A stretch of 64,000 nt of DNA from Candidatus Poriferisocius sp. (GCF_965208475.1 NZ_OZ242338.1:978782-1042781), one strand, 5' to 3'; shown: positions 20,201 to 28,639, counted from the first letter of the stretch. The notes: generated by a model not told the origin, from the letters alone. A program made the numbers and translations.

Positions 20201-21427
20201 GGCGAGTTCCACCTGTACGCCTTGGATTCCGGTACCGGGCAACTGGCCCCGCTGGAGGGTCTGCCCCATTGCGGCGCGGTAGTGAGTCCTGATGAGCGCG
20301 ACCGAATTCGGCGGCTCATCCGACGGTTGGAAGACGAGCTCGACCAGCGGATGGGCCAGGGTCGGACATCCCAGGAGTCCAGCCGCCCGCTCGTGGTGGC
20401 TTTGATCGACAACTGGGGCGGCTTGGCCAAGAGCCTGGACAACGTGTCCGACCTCGCTTTGCTGACTGCGCTGGAGCGGGTGTGGTCTGAGGGTCCCGCC
20501 GTTGGCCTGTATCTGGCCGCGGCCGCCGACCAGCTGTCCAAGGTGAATCGGGCTATCCAGGCGGCCACCCCCCAGACCTTCGTGTTCCGCCTGGGCGATC
20601 CCGCGCTGTACCGCCAGTGGGGTGTGACCGTGGAAGACCCGGCCACGCTTCCGCCCGGCCGGGGTTTCACCATCCCATCGGGCATCGAGTTCCAAGTGGC
20701 GGTGCCTGAAGGCGGTCTGGCCCGCGCCGTTGTCGAAGTGGCTGCCGAACACCCCCGGACTCACGGCCCGCCGCCGGTTGAGACTCTGTCCGCGGTGGTC
20801 GACCCAGCCCGCTTGGACCCAGCCTGCCTGAAGGGTTCCCCGGCGTATCTACCGCTGGGGCTGAGCGACGACTCCCTGACCCCGGTTGGGCTCACCCTCT
20901 ACCCCAGCGAGCATGCCCTGATCTTGGGACCTGCTCGCTCGGGCCGGTCCTCGGCTCTAGCTCTGTTGGCAGCGTTGGCAGCTGACGGCGGCGGGCAGGT
21001 AGTCGCCTTGGCCAACCAGGAACCGCCGCTGGCCGACAGCCCCAATGTCAATCTTGTGACCGACGTCGGTGAGCTGCTCGCCGCCGTACACGCAGCCGAG
21101 CCCCCAACCCTGGTGCTGATCGACGACGCCGAGACGGTGGGCGACCCCGACGGCGCCCTGAAAGCACTGGCCTCCGATAGCCGCCCCAGCCTGCACATCG
21201 TGGCCGCCGGCCGTGCCGACCGACTCCGCACCGCCTACGGCCACTGGACCGCCGAGATCCGCTTCTCCCGCACCGGAGTCCTGCTGCAACCCACCCCCCT
21301 CGACGGCGACCTGTTCACCATCCAACTCCCCACTCGCCCCACCCTCCCGTCACTACCCGGCCGCGGCTACCTCATCCAAAACGGCCAACCCTCGATCATC
21401 CAGCTCGCAAAGCACAAGGCAACTTGA
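17252..21427 (+). CDS. EssC/EccC-type FtsK/SpoIIIE type VII secretion ATPase with an FHA-like N-terminal region
   Basis: 1391 aa. FHA-like VGRSPGADLTLPSVGLRPEHARLVF; two TM helices (~aa 205-250); three P-loops (GGTTGSGKSELL, GIPGSGTTTAL, GPARSGRSSAL) with Walker B VVIIDEF, VVALIDNW and LVLIDDAE. Confidence 0.88.
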   Translation: MRLFYDGPDGGREVGIQGELPATVGDLAQILGLSEPVDGLWIDDRWAAAERQLEEAGLADGARVGLRSGPGPDPPGRTLEVVGGLCAGDRRLLPAEGLSVGRSPGADLTLPSVGLRPEHARLVFHDGMVVAQSGEDEPTTVEISTPLRQGSALIQVSDAPDDRPAHLAGIAGPTTCGKIAFNRPPRPALPVRSEPLPAPSPEQRRSARTVAFGWAALAGPLLVGLLMAVLYSPYMALFALLSPLMMGATWFDNRRRDRLDRRRSRRRAQASLADFQSAAEAAHAAEMRRRRDLHPHLAEAVRRIRQPSVRLWERRPDHGDFMSLVAAHGSRPFAPDLGGADAGDFEEAAAVIEQLGPLLDVPISVDLGPGKLLGLVGPRGATTAMARGLLLQAAACHGPADLAVLIAADEVTAPAWAWTAWLPHTVHRAIGRPHLLADCRVAAAEIAAELAQAWGRREEVHWPQLLVVVDGENLATGRTPPLRPLLQGLAGPTSAIVLASSVDQLPATATAVVEARDTTGAVDVSEAGETFGSVLATGMSLGLARATARGLARYEDPEQPGTGSGIPDRSSLFDLLGLPVLDSPAGIADLPSLGEVVAARWRQTQHADSLASPIGADGHGPLFADLAADGPHALVGGTTGSGKSELLRTLVASLASTCSPEQVNFVLIDYKGGSAFDACASLPHVVGLVTDLDDRLAERALRCLEAELRHREQVLRERGATDLSHYRSLAQTEGGSRGAPLARLVVIIDEFAALVNELPGFMDALVNVAQRGRSLGMHLVLATQRPAGAVNANIRTNTALRIALRVLDAADSVDVLDSPEAATIGRHRPGRAYARFGPGELVEFQCALVTGVTAAQRGPRVVPAPDGMPESEPEAATDDESPDDLSRLALAVNTAWDCWEGVPPRQPWPDPLPSNVSLDELTADGISVAGVALALADDPNRQCQYPLTWDPTEGNALFVGIPGSGTTTALGSLALALARRYPPGEFHLYALDSGTGQLAPLEGLPHCGAVVSPDERDRIRRLIRRLEDELDQRMGQGRTSQESSRPLVVALIDNWGGLAKSLDNVSDLALLTALERVWSEGPAVGLYLAAAADQLSKVNRAIQAATPQTFVFRLGDPALYRQWGVTVEDPATLPPGRGFTIPSGIEFQVAVPEGGLARAVVEVAAEHPRTHGPPPVETLSAVVDPARLDPACLKGSPAYLPLGLSDDSLTPVGLTLYPSEHALILGPARSGRSSALALLAALAADGGGQVVALANQEPPLADSPNVNLVTDVGELLAAVHAAEPPTLVLIDDAETVGDPDGALKALASDSRPSLHIVAAGRADRLRTAYGHWTAEIRFSRTGVLLQPTPLDGDLFTIQLPTRPTLPSLPGRGYLIQNGQPSIIQLAKHKAT

Positions 21428-21521
21428 TGCCACCACCAATTCGCTTTCGATCACTCAAAGCCGAAGAGCTGCGGTCGATATTGTGAACAACATCTACTCC
21501 CCCGAAAGCGAGGAATCCCCG

Positions 21522-21746
21522 ATGAGGGAAGTGAGGGTCTTCTTCAACTCTGAAGAGGGTGCCGACTGGTGGTGCGAAGATGACGGTGACTTCATGGCGG
21601 TCGCTGATACCCCCGTACAACTTATGGAGTTGATCAGGACGTGGCAAACCAGCCAGGGTATTGCCGACGTGCAACTTATTCCGATGGGCGTAGCCTCAGA
21701 CGTCGTTGCGGAGGAGGTCTTGGTGGGTCTCGCGGCGGACCACTAG
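21522..21746 (+). CDS. Small hypothetical protein, HicB/DUF1902-like by pattern
   Basis: ATG at 21522 preceded by GAGGAA. The 74-aa product MREVRVFFNSEEGADWWCEDDGDFMAVADTPVQLMELIRTW resembles the DUF1902 pattern. The last 51 nt overlap the convergent lysA 3' end. Confidence 0.4.
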   Translation: MREVRVFFNSEEGADWWCEDDGDFMAVADTPVQLMELIRTWQTSQGIADVQLIPMGVASDVVAEEVLVGLAADH

Positions 21747-22964
21747 GCGGGCGTCGCCGTTGCGGGCGAACACCACGGCGGGGCGGAGGATTTTGTTGTA
21801 GTTGGAGCCCATGGAGTGGCCGTAGGCACCGGTCACCGGGGTGGCGAGGATGTCGCCCACCGCGGTATCGCTGGGCACTCGGCCGTCGCGCACCAACAGG
21901 TCGCCCGACTCGCAGTGCTTGCCCACCACCCGCACCGCCTTGTTGCGGTCGCGGTCGGCCGCCCGGGGCAGAAACGTCTCATAGCCGCTGCCATAGAGCA
22001 CCGGGCGGGGGTTGTCGCTCATGCCGCCGTCAACAGAGATGTAGGTGCGGATGCCGGGCAGTTCCTTGATCGTTCCCACCTCATAAAGCGTGACCGCAGC
22101 AGCGGCCACCAGAGCCCGGCCCGGCTCCACGCTCACCGGGGCGGTGAATCCGCCCGACGAGCAGGCTTCGTCGATGGCCGCAGCCCACTGGGCGATGGTG
22201 GGGGCCGACTCCCCCTCCACGTAGGCTACCCCCAACCCACCGCCCAGCGACAGCTCAGGCAGTCCGTAGGGGCGGGCAAACCCGGCGATCACCTCCACCG
22301 CCCGCTGGAAAGAGCGCAGCTCGAACACCTGGCTGCCGATGTGGGCGTGCAGGCCCACGAGCTCCACCGAGTCAGCTTCCGCGGCTCGGCGGATGGCGGC
22401 GTCGGCCAGCCCGGTGGATGCGGTGAAGCCGAACTTGGTGTCGTCCACCCCGGTGGTGACGTACTCGTGGGTGTGGGCTTCCACCCCCGGAGTGACTCTC
22501 AGCAGCACCTTGGGCCGGGCGCCGGTGGTGGCGTGGAGCACGTCAAGGCGGTCGAGCTCGTCGAACGAATCCACCACGATTCGGCCCACTCCGGCCTCGA
22601 CCGCGGCGGCTAGCTCATCGGCCGACTTGTTGTTGCCGTGCATCACCAAACGGTCGCCGGGCAATCCCGCGGCCTTGGCTACGAATAGCTCCCCGCCGGT
22701 GGCCACATCCAGGTCGAGCTCCTCCTCGTGAATCAGACGCGCCATGGCCAGGCACAAGAACGCCTTGGAGGCATAGGCCACCGATCCGGCGAAGGCCGCC
22801 TTGGCTTGGCGGCACCGCGCCCGCACGTGGTCTTCGTCGTACACGAACAGCGGCGTGCCGTACTGCTCGGCCAGCTCCAGCGCATCGCACCCGGCGATGG
22901 ACAGTCGCCCGCCGTCGCCCACTGCGGAGTTGTCGGGCAGAAGGTGCGGGGGAAGCGCCGACAT
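21696..22964 (-). CDS. lysA: Diaminopimelate decarboxylase
   Basis: 422 aa with YASKAF (PLP lysine), HIGSQ, ELSLGGGLGV and CESGD motifs. Confidence 0.95.
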   Translation of the reverse strand: MSALPPHLLPDNSAVGDGGRLSIAGCDALELAEQYGTPLFVYDEDHVRARCRQAKAAFAGSVAYASKAFLCLAMARLIHEEELDLDVATGGELFVAKAAGLPGDRLVMHGNNKSADELAAAVEAGVGRIVVDSFDELDRLDVLHATTGARPKVLLRVTPGVEAHTHEYVTTGVDDTKFGFTASTGLADAAIRRAAEADSVELVGLHAHIGSQVFELRSFQRAVEVIAGFARPYGLPELSLGGGLGVAYVEGESAPTIAQWAAAIDEACSSGGFTAPVSVEPGRALVAAAAVTLYEVGTIKELPGIRTYISVDGGMSDNPRPVLYGSGYETFLPRAADRDRNKAVRVVGKHCESGDLLVRDGRVPSDTAVGDILATPVTGAYGHSMGSNYNKILRPAVVFARNGDARLVVRRETHQDLLRNDV

Positions 22965-22974
22965 TGCCAGCTCC

Positions 22975-24609
22975 CTACATCGCCTCGGGGGCGCTCACGC
23001 CCAAGGTGCCGAGCCCGACGGCTAGGCCCACTCGGGCGGCGTCGATCAGCGCGAGACGGGCCTGGGTCAACTCGGGGGGAATGCCAGTGCCCACCACATA
23101 GCAGTCGTGGTAGAAGCTGTGAACCGCCGCGGCGAAATCCCGCAGCCATGTGGTTACCCGGTGGGGGGCCCGCTCGCTGGCCGCGGCGGCGATCACCTCG
23201 CCCAATGTGGAGAGCTGGCGCATTATCTCCAACTCCCGCTCGTGAACCAGCACGCCCAAGTCCACCTGGTCGGCGCTCTGGCGCACCACCCCATCGGCCC
23301 GGGCCCGGGCCGCTATTGAGCACACCCGGGCGTGGGCCATCTGCACATAGAACACCGGGTTCTCCATCACCTGGGCGGCGGCTCTGGCCAAGTCGAAGGT
23401 CGGAGCGGTATCCATCGACTGGAGCAGGTAGGTGAACCGGGCGGCGTCGGCCCCAACCTCGTCGATCACGTCGCGAAGCTCGATGAGGTCGCCAGTGCGC
23501 TTGGACAGCCGCACCTCTTCGCCGTCGCGCTCTAGGCGCACCAACTGGGTGACCACCACCTCCAAACCCGCTGGGTTACAGCCCAGCGCGGCCATGGCCG
23601 CCTTCATCCGGGCGACATACCCGTGATGGTCGGCCCCCCATACGTTGACCAGCAGACCTTGCGAACCGGCCCGTTCGAGCTTGTCGCGGTGATAGGTGAT
23701 GTCGGGCAGCAGGTAGGTGTACTCCCCGTCGGACTTGATCAGCACCCGGTCTTTGTCGTCACCGTGGTCACTGGAGCGCAGCCACAAAGCACCGTCTGAT
23801 TCGTAGGTTGCTCCGGCGGCGTCGAGCGCGGCCAGCGTGTCTTTGATGGTGCCCGAGTCCACCAGGACCTGCTCGCTGAACCAAGTGTCGAACTCCACCG
23901 CCATCGTGCCCAGTGCTTCCCGTTGATCGGCGAGAGCCCTCTCCCTCCCCCACTGGCGGGGGTCGGCGTCGGCGGGCATATCCGCAGCCCAGTCGACGAT
24001 GTACTGGCCGTTGTAGCCGTCCTCGGGCACCGGCTGCCCCTCCCGGACCGCAGCCAAAGAGGCCGCGTACAGCTCCATCTGAGTGCCTCGGTCGTTGATG
24101 TAGAACTCCCGCTGCACGTCGAAGCCGCACCACTCCAGCAACCGGGCCACCGCGTCGCCGTAGGCCGCTCCCCGACCGTGCCCGGCGTGGACCGGCCCGG
24201 TGGGGTTGGCGCTCACGAACTCCACGATCACCGTGCGACCTTGGCCCAGGTTCTGGCGGCCGTAGCCGTTGACACCGGCGGTCACTGCGTCGGCCACCAC
24301 CCCGTGCAGCCAGCTGGGAGCCAGTTTGAAGTTGATGAACCCAGGGCCGGCCACGCTTACCTCGGACACATGCTCTGGCTGGTTCTCCTCCAGCCAAGCA
24401 GCCAACTCCCCAGCCAACTCCCGAGGGTTGCGCTCTGCTCGCTTGGCTACAGCCAGCGCAGCGTTCGACGCCCAGTCCCCGTGCTCGCGCCGCGCCGGTC
24501 GCTCCAGCCCCACCGAGAAGCCAGCAGGCAGGTCAACGCCCGCGGCCACGAGCGCGGCCCGCAGGGCGTCAGAAAGAGAGGTGCGAATGTCGGCCATGAA
24601 CTGGCACAT
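22975..24609 (-). CDS. argS: Arginine--tRNA ligase
   Basis: Class I signatures SANPTGPVHAGHGR (HIGH region) and a C-terminal anticodon-binding domain. The start may be the second ATG at 24597. Confidence 0.95.
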   Translation of the reverse strand: MCQFMADIRTSLSDALRAALVAAGVDLPAGFSVGLERPARREHGDWASNAALAVAKRAERNPRELAGELAAWLEENQPEHVSEVSVAGPGFINFKLAPSWLHGVVADAVTAGVNGYGRQNLGQGRTVIVEFVSANPTGPVHAGHGRGAAYGDAVARLLEWCGFDVQREFYINDRGTQMELYAASLAAVREGQPVPEDGYNGQYIVDWAADMPADADPRQWGRERALADQREALGTMAVEFDTWFSEQVLVDSGTIKDTLAALDAAGATYESDGALWLRSSDHGDDKDRVLIKSDGEYTYLLPDITYHRDKLERAGSQGLLVNVWGADHHGYVARMKAAMAALGCNPAGLEVVVTQLVRLERDGEEVRLSKRTGDLIELRDVIDEVGADAARFTYLLQSMDTAPTFDLARAAAQVMENPVFYVQMAHARVCSIAARARADGVVRQSADQVDLGVLVHERELEIMRQLSTLGEVIAAAASERAPHRVTTWLRDFAAAVHSFYHDCYVVGTGIPPELTQARLALIDAARVGLAVGLGTLGVSAPEAM

Positions 24610-24647
24610 GGTACCGGCGCCCCGCTGGGTATACTCAGCCAGTTACT

Positions 24648-24720
24648 GCCCACGTAGCTCAGGGGATAGAGCACTTGCCTCCGGAGCAAGGGGCCGCAGG
24701 TTCGAATCCTGCCGTGGGCG
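24648..24720 (+). tRNA. tRNA-Arg (anticodon CCG)
   Basis: Manual cloverleaf: acceptor GCCCACG/CGTGGGC, D arm GCTC/GAGC, anticodon stem CTTGC/GCAAG with loop CUCCGGA, T arm GCAGG-TTCGAAT-CCTGC, discriminator G. 73 nt, no encoded CCA. Confidence 0.9.
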
Positions 24721-24723
24721 CTT
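24700..24723 (+). repeat. attL core (tRNA-Arg 3' end)
   Basis: Identical 24-mer repeated at 30852-30875. Confidence 0.85.
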
Positions 24724-24871
24724 CCGGGTGTTCTCAGTAGTTGCTCGATGGTCCCAGATGGTCCTTGTTTTCCCAGCGTAGCGACCGTTTCTGTCAGTTT
24801 GGGGTGGTAGGCTGTCCTCAGCAATTACCGGGCTACCCCCGAAAAAGTGGGGGATGGATTGGGGGATGGGA

Positions 24872-26024
24872 ATGTCGCTTTTGACCGCTGTGGAAGTCAA
24901 AAATGCCGGTGTGGGAAAGCACCATGAAGGGCGCGGATTATTTTTGCGGGTGTACAAATCGGGGTCCAGGTGCTGGGTTCTACGCCTGACGGTGGACGGG
25001 CGCCGCCGCGAGATCGGCTTGGGCGGCTGGCCCGCGGTGAGCCTGGCCGACGCCCGCCGCAAAGCCCATGAGCACCACGCGGCCGCCGCCGACGGGCGCG
25101 ACCCGCTCGCCGACAGGCGCCGCTGCGACGTGCCGACATTCCGCGAGGCGGCGAGGGTGGTATGGGAGGCGAACAGGGCCCGGTGGTGCAACGAGCGGAC
25201 CGCGGTGCTGTGGTGGGCGTCGCTGGAAAACCACGCCTTTCCGGCCATCGGCGACATGGCCGTGAACCGCATCACCCAGTCCGACGTCTTGGGATGTGTG
25301 GAGCCGATCTGGACGAACCGCACTGAAGCGGCCCGCAAGGTCCGCCAGAGGATCCGCACCGTGCTTCGCTGGTGCCAGGCCCACGGCTACGTCACCGTGA
25401 ACTCGGCCGGCGAGGCCATCGACGGCGCACTGCCGCCCATGCCCCGCGTAAAGGCCCACTTCCGCTCCCTGCCCTATGGCGAGGTGGCCGACGCGCTCGG
25501 CGTTGCGGACCGCACCGGCGCGTCTGCGTCGGCCAAGCTGTGCCTGAGGTTCACGGTGTTGACGGCGGCCCGCTCCGGCGAGGCCCGCAACGCCTCATGG
25601 TCCGAGATCGACTTCGCCGCCCGCGAGTGGCGCATCCCCGCCGACAAGATGAAGGCCGCGACCGAGCACCGGGTGCCCCTCAGCGACGCCGCCCTCAAAG
25701 TTCTCGACGAGGCCAAGGACAACCACGACGGCTCCGATCTGGTGTTCCCGTCCCCCCCTCAGGCCAGGCCGCCCCCTCAGCGACATGACGCTCACGAAAA
25801 TCCTTCGCGACGCAGACCTGGCGGAGCGGGCCACCGTCCACGGATTCAGAGCCAGCTTCCGCACTTGGGCGCTGGAGCAGACCGACACCCCCTGGGCTGT
25901 GTGCGAGGCCGCACTCGCACACAGCCTCGGCGACTCAACCCAACAGGCCTACATCCGAGGCGATGCCTACGCCAAACGCCGCAAGCTCATGGACCGGTGG
26001 GCCGACTACCTGCAGCGGCCATAG
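24872..26024 (+). pseudogene. int: P4-type tyrosine integrase, frameshifted in a C7 run
   Basis: The N-terminal part (MSLLTAVEVKNAGVGKHHEGRGLFLRVYKSGSRCWVLR...) reads through to LVFPSP. The catalytic C-terminus (HGFRASFRTWA...ALAHSLGDSTQQAYIRGD) continues in another frame (ORF 25785-26024). The frames meet at the ccccccc run at 25752-25758. Confidence 0.8.
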
Positions 26025-26177
26025 AAGGGCCCCGGCTGGCTGACCGCCCCAGTGGCGGCGGGAGGAGCTCCGTCGAGCCACGCGGCCGGGGCTCGGGCAA
26101 TTGCGGGCGGGGGCCTAGTGGCCCTTCGCAGGGCGGGTTTCGGGGTTGTCGACTGGCGGCAGCCGCGTTGGCGGTGC

Positions 26178-26654
26178 TCAGTCGCCGATCGCGAGTATGT
26201 CGGCGCCGTCGGCGGGGTCCGTGCCCAGGGCCTGTGGCCAGTACATGTAGCACACCCCGGTCGGAGTGAATGCCACGGCCTGCTCGACTTTGATGCCGTT
26301 GCAGTTCCCCGGCCTGATTCGGGCGAAGCCGGTGCCGTCGAGCCCGGTTGTGACTACGAGCATGTCGTCGGAGAACTGATCCAAGATCGCCCTGAGCCGG
26401 CCGATAGTCAACGCCGGCCCCCACGAGGCGTCGACGCCCGCTTGGAGGCCGACCCTGTTCTCGTCTACGAAATCTCCGCTCAAACACCGACAGCCTCCCA
26501 GCCGCCGAAGCAACGACCGATTGAAACCGCCCACAGGAAATCCGACAGCCCGATCCAAGACAGCCCAACTCACTGGGCACCATCCAAAACCCGCTGTTGC
26601 CAATGCGCCCCACCGCTCACCGATGAAGACCGGCGAGTGAGGCCGTTGTGCCAC
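26178..26654 (-). CDS. Hypothetical protein (island cargo)
   Basis: Only the last ~155 codons of the 377-aa ORF look protein-like (FIGERWGALATAGFGW...TIGRLRAILDQFSDDMLVVTTGLDG...). GTG at 26654 is a possible start. No family recognised. Confidence 0.3.
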   Translation of the reverse strand: MAQRPHSPVFIGERWGALATAGFGWCPVSWAVLDRAVGFPVGGFNRSLLRRLGGCRCLSGDFVDENRVGLQAGVDASWGPALTIGRLRAILDQFSDDMLVVTTGLDGTGFARIRPGNCNGIKVEQAVAFTPTGVCYMYWPQALGTDPADGADILAIGD

Positions 26655-26679
26655 CGAGCTAGCTTGCTGGGCCTTCCAT

Positions 26680-27042
26680 CTAGGCGACCGAGCCAAAGAG
26701 GCTGTCGACCTTGCCACCCGCCAACCAGCGCTTGCGATTGATGGCGAGAGCCAACTGCCCCGAGTGCTGGCCAAAGCAGGCGTCTGGCCGGAGAAAGAAG
26801 GCCCGTCGTCGTGCCCGCCCGAGCAGGCCGCCCGGCTCCTGGCACACATGCTGGCCGGCTTCGGGGATCTCTCCGCACCGGAGACGGCAGGTACCAGACT
26901 GCACCTCGACTTCACCGTCACCAGCCTCTTGGACCACCTCGGTGACAACCCCCACGCTGTCGCCCTGAAAGCGGAGGCGGATCGCAAGGGCGTCCGCACC
27001 GACCGGTACCCATGACAGTGGCCCACTGGTAACAGCGCGCAT
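26680..27042 (-). CDS. Hypothetical protein (island cargo), possibly the front half of a frameshifted gene continuing in 26178-26654
   Basis: ATG at 27042 gives MRAVTSGPLSWVPVGADALAIRLRFQGDSVGVVTEVV... The stop lies 26 nt upstream of the next candidate start, in a different frame. Confidence 0.25.
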   Translation of the reverse strand: MRAVTSGPLSWVPVGADALAIRLRFQGDSVGVVTEVVQEAGDGEVEVQSGTCRLRCGEIPEAGQHVCQEPGGLLGRARRRAFFLRPDACFGQHSGQLALAINRKRWLAGGKVDSLFGSVA

Positions 27043-27291
27043 CTTCGAGAGGCCCACTGTGAAACCCCGCTGTCCTGATCTGCCGCTGTCAGCATCCACC
27101 GCGCCAGCCGAGGCCTCAGAGGAAGCGGGCTGGTCACCAAGAGCCGCAGAAGGGGTGAGGGCGATGTCGGTCTCTCTACCGGATCTGCCCAGTGATCGGA
27201 CGCTCCTTGTCGCTGCATCTGAAGCGCTTGTGCCGTCCATGAATGGAGCGGCCATGGGACGGCATTTTCGAGGTGGGGTTGGCGTGCTTGG

Positions 27292-28365
27292 TTACAGGTC
27301 CAAGCCGACATCGCCGGGGAGGTCGGGGCGCGGGAGGTCGCGTTCGGCGGCCAGCGCGATGTCGGATGCTTCGAGGCCGTCGCGGACTACCCGGACTGTG
27401 TCGGCGAGGTCGTCGGCCAGTGAGCGGGAGTCGTCTGCTGTCTCGAAGTGGCCGGCTAGTGCTGCGGCGGTGTCGCAGGCGATGCGTGCGAGCTCGGCCG
27501 CGGTGGCCTCGATCTGTGCCAGTGTGAGCTGGGGCCGCTGGTCGCTGTAGGGGCCGGCTCGGTGCCACAGCGAGATCTCCTCGGGCGTGGCGCGGTTCGC
27601 GGGGTCCATGGCAGGCCATGTCACATCCCGGTACCGGGCCGGGATCTTGGAGGCGAGCTTGTCGAGGGAGTGGATGCGCTCGGGGCGCCCTCCGACCAGG
27701 CACACCACGGTCTTCAGAGCGCTCTCTACGGTCTTCTGCGAGTGGAAGCAGATGCCGGCCATCCGCTCATAGCGTGCTTTGCGGTAGCGGCGGGCGTCGC
27801 CGGCCGCGGCGGCCCGCTGTTCCCGGGCACCCTCATCCAGCCGCTCCTCCACCTCGCCCAGGGCGTTGATGGTATCTCCCAGCCTGCTCAGCGCCTCGGC
27901 TCTGTTGTCGGGGGGCATCCCGATCTCCTTTCTCCAGTCCACATCGGCTTGCCCGTCCGCTCCAGCGTCGGCCACCACGACCGCGCCACCGGCGATGGCC
28001 GCCTCCAACGACGAGGACACCTGCGTGGTGCGCCGCGCCCACTCGGCCCGGTCGGTGACCCACACATCGACCCCGAACTCGCACAACTCGCCAGCTCTTG
28101 CCACCAAGCGCCGCTGAAGGTCCGGCCGGCACCGGTAATCGCCCAAATCGTCGAACACCGCCACCAGGTCGATGTCGCTGCCATCGACCGCCTCGCCACA
28201 GGCCACAGACCCGAACGCCAACACCTGCGCCGCCCCCAGCGCGACGAAACCCTCGCCCACCACACGGGCGTCTTCCAAACACGGAACTCCCCACAACACC
28301 AAAGACGCCGCACCCGCAGCCTCCGAACCCGGAGCCTCCGACACTCGCGAAGCCACCAAACCCAT
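27292..28365 (-). CDS. Fused minimal nucleotidyltransferase (MNT) - HEPN domain protein
   Basis: The N-terminal FGSVACGEAVDGSDIDLVAVF plus VDVWVTD form a pol-beta NTase signature. The C-terminal helical domain has CFHSQKTVESALK and GGRPERIHSLDKLASKI (R-x4-H, HEPN). Confidence 0.75.
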   Translation of the reverse strand: MGLVASRVSEAPGSEAAGAASLVLWGVPCLEDARVVGEGFVALGAAQVLAFGSVACGEAVDGSDIDLVAVFDDLGDYRCRPDLQRRLVARAGELCEFGVDVWVTDRAEWARRTTQVSSSLEAAIAGGAVVVADAGADGQADVDWRKEIGMPPDNRAEALSRLGDTINALGEVEERLDEGAREQRAAAAGDARRYRKARYERMAGICFHSQKTVESALKTVVCLVGGRPERIHSLDKLASKIPARYRDVTWPAMDPANRATPEEISLWHRAGPYSDQRPQLTLAQIEATAAELARIACDTAAALAGHFETADDSRSLADDLADTVRVVRDGLEASDIALAAERDLPRPDLPGDVGLDL

Positions 28366-28521
28366 CCCCCAATCCTACCTCCAGCCCCCACAACGCCCAA
28401 CACCCGCACCAAGCCGGCCACGGCCCCCACGAGCCTCAAACCGCCCGCGGGCACCGCGCCCGCCAAAAGCCTGCGTCGACGGTCAACAGCTGCGATCACG
28501 CCCGCAATCATGCAACAGCGC

Positions 28522-28583
28522 ACCGGTCGCGACCGGTCACAAACCCCCGAAGCACCGGTCGCAAACCGATACGACCGGTCGCA
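28522..28583. promoter_or_regulatory. Cluster of four ACCGGTC half-sites, including a perfect 16-bp palindrome ACCGGTCGCGACCGGT
   Basis: Palindrome at 28522-28537. Direct copies of accggtcgcaa at 28554-28564 and 28573-28583. Located in the divergent spacer between the MNT-HEPN and protease genes. Confidence 0.4.
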
Positions 28584-28639
28584 ACCCCCATGCGGCGAAA
28601 CTGTCTCAAATCCTTGACGCGGGACACAAGATCTTCAAT

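Noticed and set aside
19325-20764. 479-aa minus-strand ORF antisense to the EssC-like gene. Similar long antisense or shadow ORFs occur at 10482-11834, 34164-35411, 38366-40324, 35986-37002, 7239-8288, 5747-6685, 12474-13286 and 60574-61419.
   Set aside because: Their compositions are Arg/Gly/Pro/Ala-dominated and they carry no recognisable motifs. Each fully overlaps a gene with strong family signatures. Stop-poor alternative frames are expected in high-GC DNA.
24643-25359. 238-aa minus-strand ORF overlapping the tRNA-Arg and the integrase N-terminus.
   Set aside because: It runs antisense through a structural RNA gene and a recognisable integrase and has low-complexity composition.
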